Shown: piece after piece, positions 58,229 to 64,000 of the stretch | Layout of the letters: each line of letters begins with the position of its first letter | Numbering within the stretch: the first letter of the stretch is position 1 | IMG/VR virus record: IMGVR_UViG_3300042870_000870 | Direction: 5' to 3' (one strand) | Length of the DNA: 64,000 bases | Source of the DNA: an uncultured virus (IMG/VR IMGVR_UViG_3300042870_000870) | Taxonomy: Duplodnaviria; Heunggongvirae; Uroviricota; Caudoviricetes | The notes under the pieces: model-generated | The model's database searches: none | Seen by the model: the letters and a program-made list of their open reading frames with translations, nothing else | Told to the model about the DNA's origin: nothing | Position numbers and translations under genes: made by a program

Positions 58229-60004
58229 TTATTTTGATCTTCCAAATAACCAATTATATTCTTGATATTGGTTCTTACCGGGTACGTTACGTATATCTTT
58301 AAATGCTGGATTATCGTCAAACCCCATTGATCCTATTTGGTCGAAAGCGGTCCCATATGAGTAAAAAGACTTATTTGGTTCGTATGTACGTTCACTCATT
58401 GTCCAAGAATCTAACATTGCTTTGTTAGCATTTTCATTCTTTTGTAATAAGTTAAAAGATACGTCTGCAGCGTATAATGCCATTGACATACCCATAATGG
58501 CATCATCGTGTGAACCTTTCATATGGTCAGGTCTTCCATTCATGTAAACAAACGTATTGAGTTCGTTTAATAATCTTGCAGATCTAACAATAAATCCCTT
58601 CCTAAGTTGCTCTTCAAATGCGGCAACAATTTGAGTTCTTTTATTATTGAAGTTAAGTCCTGGTATTTTCTCCATCGCTTTGGCGTTATAGTCCCAAATG
58701 TTTTGAGTATTAACTCCTTCAATGTAAACATTCTTATAGTTTAACTCAGTTAATTTTCTTGATGTGGCAACACCCATACCACCTGTAATATCCGTAACAA
58801 TAAACGCATTACCATATAAAATAGCCCATTTATATGCAACGGCAGCTAAATCATCAGGAGGTATTTTACCAATATATTCCGCAACCTGTTCTCTATCATC
58901 AAAATCAATAATTGATATTGCTGAAAAATCCTCACTATCTCCTCTACTCACATCCACCCCCATAATATAACGATGACCGATGATTGGTTCTTTCCATTGC
59001 CAAAATGTGGCTTGCATGTATTTTTCAATTGGTTCTCTTATCATGTTCTTAGCAATATTCTCTTGAATATCGCCAGGAATAACACCATCTCCCGAACCTA
59101 AGAAATCACATTCCAACTCCTGAGCTATCTTACGTCTATCATATTTAAATTTCTTAGACATTGACTCAAACCAAGATGAAAATGGTTTATAACCGTCTTC
59201 TAAAAGTTTTAGATATTCTTTCATGTCAAAATCATGTAGAACAACTTCATCATCATTATATTGTTCTCTATTTAACATGTAATGACAGATGTCTTGACAT
59301 TTTATCCAACGTAAATCTTTGGTGTAACGAGGGTCTTTAAACCATCTTAAATCGGTTATATGGAAATCATTGATTCCACGTAATGCTTGGTCGTAAACAC
59401 CATAATAGATGGGGTCGTAACCATTTGGAGTTGAGATAAGAATAATCTTACCACCCGTTGATAGGGACGCCATAGAGGCCGCCCAAAAATCATCTCCCGC
59501 TTCAATGTATGCCGCCTCATCAAATACAAGTATGGTAGGTGTGTAACCACGAAGGGCATCCGCTGATGTTGCAACCGCCTTAACCTCACATCCATTGTTT
59601 AATCTAAATCTACTTTCTGAGTTTTTATCGGGTGAGAACCCAACATTAATCCATTCAGGCCATTGTTCTAAGAAATGTCTAACCTTATTAGCCATCTCCA
59701 CCGCAGTATCACGTTTGTTTGCAATAAGTAGAACTCTCTCAGGATTATCTGGTTTTGCTAATTGTAATTTTTTTGATAACCAAGCAGCCGTTACTGTTGT
59801 AACACCGGCTTGTCTATATTTTCTTGTAATATTTTCGTTGTAATCTTCGTAGTCCTGTATTAGTTGAATTTGGTCTTCAAATAAGTCCATTGGGACATAT
59901 TTCTTCTGTGTATTATCAAATGTCTGTAAATACGTTCTAAGTGCATATGGGGTATCTTTTATAATCTTAGCATACTCCATTAATTGTTCTGCTCTACTAT
60001 TCAT
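58229..60004 (-). CDS. terminase large subunit (gp17-like)
   Basis: KYRQAGVTT, LVFDEAA, ISTPNG, QELECDF, MGVDVSRG...D.S, HDDAIM. Confidence 0.96.
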   Translation of the reverse strand: MNSRAEQLMEYAKIIKDTPYALRTYLQTFDNTQKKYVPMDLFEDQIQLIQDYEDYNENITRKYRQAGVTTVTAAWLSKKLQLAKPDNPERVLLIANKRDTAVEMANKVRHFLEQWPEWINVGFSPDKNSESRFRLNNGCEVKAVATSADALRGYTPTILVFDEAAYIEAGDDFWAASMASLSTGGKIILISTPNGYDPIYYGVYDQALRGINDFHITDLRWFKDPRYTKDLRWIKCQDICHYMLNREQYNDDEVVLHDFDMKEYLKLLEDGYKPFSSWFESMSKKFKYDRRKIAQELECDFLGSGDGVIPGDIQENIAKNMIREPIEKYMQATFWQWKEPIIGHRYIMGVDVSRGDSEDFSAISIIDFDDREQVAEYIGKIPPDDLAAVAYKWAILYGNAFIVTDITGGMGVATSRKLTELNYKNVYIEGVNTQNIWDYNAKAMEKIPGLNFNNKRTQIVAAFEEQLRKGFIVRSARLLNELNTFVYMNGRPDHMKGSHDDAIMGMSMALYAADVSFNLLQKNENANKAMLDSWTMSERTYEPNKSFYSYGTAFDQIGSMGFDDNPAFKDIRNVPGKNQYQEYNWLFGRSK

Positions 60005-60007
60005 ATA

Positions 60008-60015
60008 TATAAATA
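60008..60015 (-). promoter_or_regulatory. late promoter motif TATTTAT(A/T), representative copy
   Basis: sense-strand copies at 4755, 15610, 17535, 19052, 22233, 24233, 26229, 30716, 32674, 32699, 35220, 38165, 42437, 46505, 47900, 54120, 54882, 58179, 60008 and 63395, each upstream of a start codon. Confidence 0.8.
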
Positions 60016-60016
60016 C

Positions 60017-60043
60017 AAAAAAAGGTGGTTAAAACCACCTTTT
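60017..60043 (-). terminator. intrinsic terminator immediately upstream of the terminase late promoter
   Basis: AAAAGGTGGTT-AA-AACCACCTTTT. Confidence 0.75.
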
Positions 60044-60046
60044 CAA

Positions 60047-61243
60047 TTATTCATCGTCATCGTCATATGTTGACATACTATCATCGTAGTAATTTTTATT
60101 AATATCTTTCCTAATGGAATCATAATAATCTTTAATCATTTTTTCACCTTTTGAAGTCTTTCCTATTACTTCTTTCATCATTGTTAAAAACTCTTTAGCT
60201 TCTAATGTGTAAAGGCTAGATAAAAAATATGATTGTAAACCTTCTTCATTTTCATCAATAACAACTTCATCGGGTAACATACCTCTTACTCTATTCCATA
60301 TTGATGGTCCTAATCTTAAATCCCACATTTCTTTGTCCATAGTGTCTTCATAACCTGAAACCTTATTCCATAACTCCTCATCAAAATCACCATTTTCATC
60401 TCTTGGTCTTCCGTGTACTGCAAGTAATTCTAAATAACCTTTTATACATTCATGAACGGCAACAGGAAAATTCTGTGCTCGTACTTTAATGATTGGTGGT
60501 TCCCCTTGTTCAATTTCTTCGGTGCCAGCAACTTGTCCCGATTTACCCATTTGTGACAAAAATATATCAGGAAATTGCCAATAAGTCGTGTCATTTATTG
60601 ACATCATAACACCATATAAATCTAAAATAGTTTCACTTTTAGTTATATCTAAAATCTCCTCACTAACCAAATGATACGAATAATGACCTTTTTTAGATGC
60701 TCCCTGACTAATTGCATTAATTAATCTTCGTTTAGCTCTTTCTAAATTTAATCTTTCAAAATCACCATCAATCTCATTATCTAAATCAACCTGAGGTATT
60801 TGGATAGTTTCTTCATCATCCATATTAAAATTATCCGTAGATATACTGCTACCATCAACAATTTTTACATCCCATTGAATTGAATCTTTTGGTATATGAA
60901 ATTCATTCATAACTAATTTGATTGCTAATTGTTCCAGTTCGGGTCTAACATTCCTTTCAATTCTAATAATCTCAAAGTGAGATCTCATCATAAATGAGGA
61001 GAATTCACTATATTGTGATTTGTTATTTAAATTTATTTTATTTGGATAATGTGGACCTAAATAATGATTAACATTAGATATAACTTCTTGATATCTTTCT
61101 GATGCCAATAACTCTTGAAAGTTTTGTTCTTGTGAATTTTCACAAATTGGCATAGGTATTTTAGTTAATGAAGTGTCTTCATTTTTTAATTTATGTTGTA
61201 AACCTCTATCGGGTCTATCAACACTTGAGAAATTCATTGCCAT
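60047..61243 (-). CDS. hypothetical protein with HExxK motif
   Basis: 398 aa; AKRRLINAISQGASKKGHY, VHECIKG, EMWDLRLGP. Confidence 0.7.
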   Translation of the reverse strand: MAMNFSSVDRPDRGLQHKLKNEDTSLTKIPMPICENSQEQNFQELLASERYQEVISNVNHYLGPHYPNKINLNNKSQYSEFSSFMMRSHFEIIRIERNVRPELEQLAIKLVMNEFHIPKDSIQWDVKIVDGSSISTDNFNMDDEETIQIPQVDLDNEIDGDFERLNLERAKRRLINAISQGASKKGHYSYHLVSEEILDITKSETILDLYGVMMSINDTTYWQFPDIFLSQMGKSGQVAGTEEIEQGEPPIIKVRAQNFPVAVHECIKGYLELLAVHGRPRDENGDFDEELWNKVSGYEDTMDKEMWDLRLGPSIWNRVRGMLPDEVVIDENEEGLQSYFLSSLYTLEAKEFLTMMKEVIGKTSKGEKMIKDYYDSIRKDINKNYYDDSMSTYDDDDE

Positions 61244-61296
61244 ACGTTTAAATTATATTAAGGCTAATATAAGATTTATTTCTTATAATACCTAAT

Positions 61297-61899
61297 TTAA
61301 ACCTTACTTTTCTCAGCTTTTGGTTTTGGTTTTGTAAATGGACCCGGTTGATTTGGGTTATGAGGTTTCGGTTTTGTACCTGGCGTAACCTTTGGTTTAG
61401 ATGGTTTTGTCTCAACATCACCATCTGATGAAGATTCATAGGTCATAAATTCAGGAACATCGTTATGTCCAATATTAACGTTTGGACCCGCCTCTTGTAA
61501 TTTAAATTGTATCATTTCCATAATTTCATTTTTAGATGTGAAACTATGATAGTTATTTTCCGCTAAAGATTCAACCCATTCTTTAACTTCTTTGTCTTTT
61601 GTATCTGTTTTAACTGATTTTTTTTTCTTTTGACCCTTTAATATTTTAAAATCTTGTCCATCAATTTTACCATTGTGGTTCTTGTCTAATTTCTTTTGAT
61701 TACCTTTTAAGTCCTCTTTTACCTCAACTTCAATATTTGGGTCGTTCGCAATTGCTTGTAATTTGGGATCTCTTAATTTCTCAGCATCAATAACCATTCT
61801 TTCATGTAAATCAGAAAGTTGTTTATCGCTGAAATTAACTAACGTTTTTTCAGACATACCCTCACTTATTAACATCTTAACTAATTCTGACCTTTTCAT
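61297..61899 (-). CDS. internal-head-like protein with EF-hand-like loop
   Basis: LKGNQKKLDKNHNGKIDGQDFKIL; Pro/Lys tail. Confidence 0.65.
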   Translation of the reverse strand: MKRSELVKMLISEGMSEKTLVNFSDKQLSDLHERMVIDAEKLRDPKLQAIANDPNIEVEVKEDLKGNQKKLDKNHNGKIDGQDFKILKGQKKKKSVKTDTKDKEVKEWVESLAENNYHSFTSKNEIMEMIQFKLQEAGPNVNIGHNDVPEFMTYESSSDGDVETKPSKPKVTPGTKPKPHNPNQPGPFTKPKPKAEKSKV

Positions 61900-62297
61900 G
61901 ATTCTTTAATTTTTAATTCTTCTTTTATTAAAAGATATTCTCTTTGTTTTAATTTTTTTGTTACACTTTCTAATGATTCACCAAATTTAAATGATATTCT
62001 CTCAAATTCGGAATCAAAATTAAATTTTTCCCATCCCAACGCAACTACACCATCTACTGCATCAATAACTCCGAAATAATCGGAGTCTTGAATTAATTCT
62101 AAATGTAAATCGGTATCTTTTAATAATCCAACTAAATCAACGTATTCCACCTCAGGTGATTTTGGTTGAGATGTTGAGGAGGATGGGATAACAAACCATT
62201 CATCCATATCTATTTCTGTACTCTCACTAAAAATGAATTCGTATTGTTTTTGACCTTTATAGTCTGAACCAATTTCATTTATATAGATTAACTTCAT
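61896..62297 (-). CDS. hypothetical protein
   Basis: 133 aa; DAVDGVVALGWE. Confidence 0.7.
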   Translation of the reverse strand: MKLIYINEIGSDYKGQKQYEFIFSESTEIDMDEWFVIPSSSTSQPKSPEVEYVDLVGLLKDTDLHLELIQDSDYFGVIDAVDGVVALGWEKFNFDSEFERISFKFGESLESVTKKLKQREYLLIKEELKIKES

Positions 62298-63361
62298 TAT
62301 TTGAAATATTTTCCTAATGTTGTTTGAATACTATTGTTAATCTCCTTTTTCATTTCTTCCAAATCTAACTCAACTTCCTCATCCATAGGTTCTTCTATTG
62401 GATGACTATCTTCACCAAAGTCTACTCGAACATTTTCAGAAAAGTCTACATTAACATCTTCCTCCATTTCTAAATCAGCATAATCCGCTAAACTAGTCTC
62501 TTCAGTATCAAAATCCGACGAAGAGTTTATAAAATTTTCTAACGCATCCATTGTTGTGTCATATCCTTCACCAATTTCAGAATCTACAGGTTCTTCCGCA
62601 GATACCTCATCTTCAGGTGACGGCTCTTCAGAAGGAACTTCTTCGCCATCTTGTTTTTCGTCACGTTCAAATTTCTTAGCAATATCTTCAATATCATCAT
62701 CTTCTAACTTATCTAAATTAACAGCAGAAATAATCATATTAAGAACATATTTTATATCATCACTTTCCATTGATTCGTGTTGGTCTCTTAATTCTTGACC
62801 TAACTTACCTGCAAATTTTTGTACTTCCGCCATGTAACTTGATCTTTTTCCTGATGCATCGTCTTCACCATCTACAGGTGCTTCCGGTGCTGGTTCTTCA
62901 GCTGGTACTTCAGGTGATGGTTCTTCAGATGGTACTTCAGGTGCCGGTTCTTCAGCTGGCGTAGGTATAGGAGCGTTTGCTGCCGGATCACTCATAGGAG
63001 ATTCACTTTTAGGTGAACTTGGTTTTAAAACGTATTTCGTTGCCTCTTGTAATTCTTCCTGTCCTTTTAATAGGTCTAATCTTTTAAACGCTTCAGAGTA
63101 TGATGAAAATTTGTTTTTGTTTTTCATGAACATACCACCAATATAATCAAGTGATGATTCATTTAATCCTCTTTTAACGTAGTATCCGTCTTTTTCTTTA
63201 ACGATACCAAAAAATCCACCCGTTGTGGATTCCTTTACTAATTCTGGTTTTACAGAAGAAGACTTTTTATTATTTTGATTAAAGTAAGTTAATTCGAGAA
63301 TTCTTTTTAATTTCTCGTCGCCATTAAGCTTCTCACTTCCTAGAGGTTTGATGTCTGCCAT
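62297..63361 (-). CDS. acidic Pro/Glu-rich prohead-core-like protein
   Basis: 354 aa; KLKRILEL tag, (P)AEEPAPEV repeats; late motif at 63395. Confidence 0.65.
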   Translation of the reverse strand: MADIKPLGSEKLNGDEKLKRILELTYFNQNNKKSSSVKPELVKESTTGGFFGIVKEKDGYYVKRGLNESSLDYIGGMFMKNKNKFSSYSEAFKRLDLLKGQEELQEATKYVLKPSSPKSESPMSDPAANAPIPTPAEEPAPEVPSEEPSPEVPAEEPAPEAPVDGEDDASGKRSSYMAEVQKFAGKLGQELRDQHESMESDDIKYVLNMIISAVNLDKLEDDDIEDIAKKFERDEKQDGEEVPSEEPSPEDEVSAEEPVDSEIGEGYDTTMDALENFINSSSDFDTEETSLADYADLEMEEDVNVDFSENVRVDFGEDSHPIEEPMDEEVELDLEEMKKEINNSIQTTLGKYFK

Positions 63362-63431
63362 TGTTTTTATATTAAGATAAACTTATTCTTATCCTATAAA
63401 TACATAGATATAGGGAAAAAAATAAGGTTCT

Positions 63432-64000
63432 TTATTGTGTTATGGACAATTTTTTGTTTGAAATGTCCGTTTTTAGTTTTAAAAGTTTCTCTATATATCC
63501 GTTTCTTCGAAGTAATTTGAAGGTTAAGTTCTCATATGAGTACTCTCCTCCTGATTCAAGACCACTTTGTCTAAACTCTTTAATTTTACTTCTTAGTGTT
63601 TCAATATCTGAAGTTACGTCTTTTTTACTACCTAATTTAATAAGTCTATCTATTTTTTTTGCGTACTCTTCACCCTTTTCTAATATTTTTCTATCGTCAA
63701 TATTAGCCTGTTCCTTTTTAGGTTCAATAACCCATTCGTTATTTAAAATAGAATAAACACCAGATGAAATGTGTTCCTCATTAACATCTTGTACGTATAT
63801 TTCAACATCATACCCCTTTATTTTGATGTCGTATTTTTCGTTCCATACGTTTTTCTTAGCATCAAAAAATTCTTTCAATATTGCATGAAAAGACGATGAG
63901 TTTTTATCTTTATTGATACTATCAAAATCTATAAGAATGTGTAAATCAACGTCAGAATATTGTGACCAATTATAGTTAGAAAGTGACCCCGTTAATACGA
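63432..64000 (-). CDS. Pol-beta superfamily nucleotidyltransferase (5'-truncated by window)
   Basis: frame stays open to the edge and reads VLTGSLSNYNWSQYSDVDLHILIDF (GS...DxD), then DVEIYVQD. Confidence 0.8.
   Translation of the reverse strand, partial: VLTGSLSNYNWSQYSDVDLHILIDFDSINKDKNSSSFHAILKEFFDAKKNVWNEKYDIKIKGYDVEIYVQDVNEEHISSGVYSILNNEWVIEPKKEQANIDDRKILEKGEEYAKKIDRLIKLGSKKDVTSDIETLRSKIKEFRQSGLESGGEYSYENLTFKLLRRNGYIEKLLKLKTDISNKKLSITQ

Noticed and set aside
24276..60004. Inteins or introns in helicase, polymerase, terminase or MCP
   Set aside because: Continuous ORFs of ordinary size; no intein termini or homing endonuclease motifs seen
1058..63756. Many 60-150 aa antisense or alternate-frame ORFs in the track (e.g. 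31128-31364, 39629-40081, 44093-44554, 53624-54061)
   Set aside because: They are shadows of well-supported genes, with Ser/Phe/Ile-rich composition from reverse-complement codon bias and no promoter motifs
1..64000. Stop-codon reassignment, as in some large phages
   Set aside because: Core genes are full length under code 11 and coding density is near complete
1..64000. tRNA genes, diversity-generating retroelement, integrase or IS elements
   Set aside because: No cloverleaf/T-arm signature noticed in the short intergenic gaps, and no reverse transcriptase, TR/VR pair, integrase or transposase; read by eye only, tRNAscan not run

Overview
AT-rich, gene-dense core region of a large T4-like myophage (standard genetic code), very probably infecting Bacteroidota. 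Evidence for the host: Bacteroidota-type bS21, TAnnTTTG-like promoters, A-rich Shine-Dalgarno-free start regions and a DUF4494-like gene. The window holds replication/recombination genes (5'-3' exonuclease, UvsX/RecA, gp32-like SSB, SNF2 helicase, family B polymerase), a contractile tail/baseplate/neck module, a head module (terminase, portal, protease, scaffold, major capsid) with an antisense ribosomal protein bS21 gene inside it, a gp55-like late sigma factor, three glycosyltransferases and nucleotide-metabolism genes. Most notable signals: (1) a 20-copy late promoter motif TATTTAT(A/T) that often sits only 3-5 nt from the ATG, implying leaderless mRNAs for low-copy virion proteins in a bS21 phage; (2) shared short helical tags and LxE sites on late enzymes and domains (flavoprotein, PCD, WYL), suggesting a capsid-cargo loading system; (3) an unannotated gp51-like ORF probably reached by a +1 frameshift at UUU_CGC just before the tape measure gene; (4) a 32-bp perfect palindrome encoding identical C-termini of bS21 and its convergent neighbour; (5) an ori/parS-like non-coding island between the sheath and tube genes. 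All family calls come from motif recognition by eye; no searches were run.
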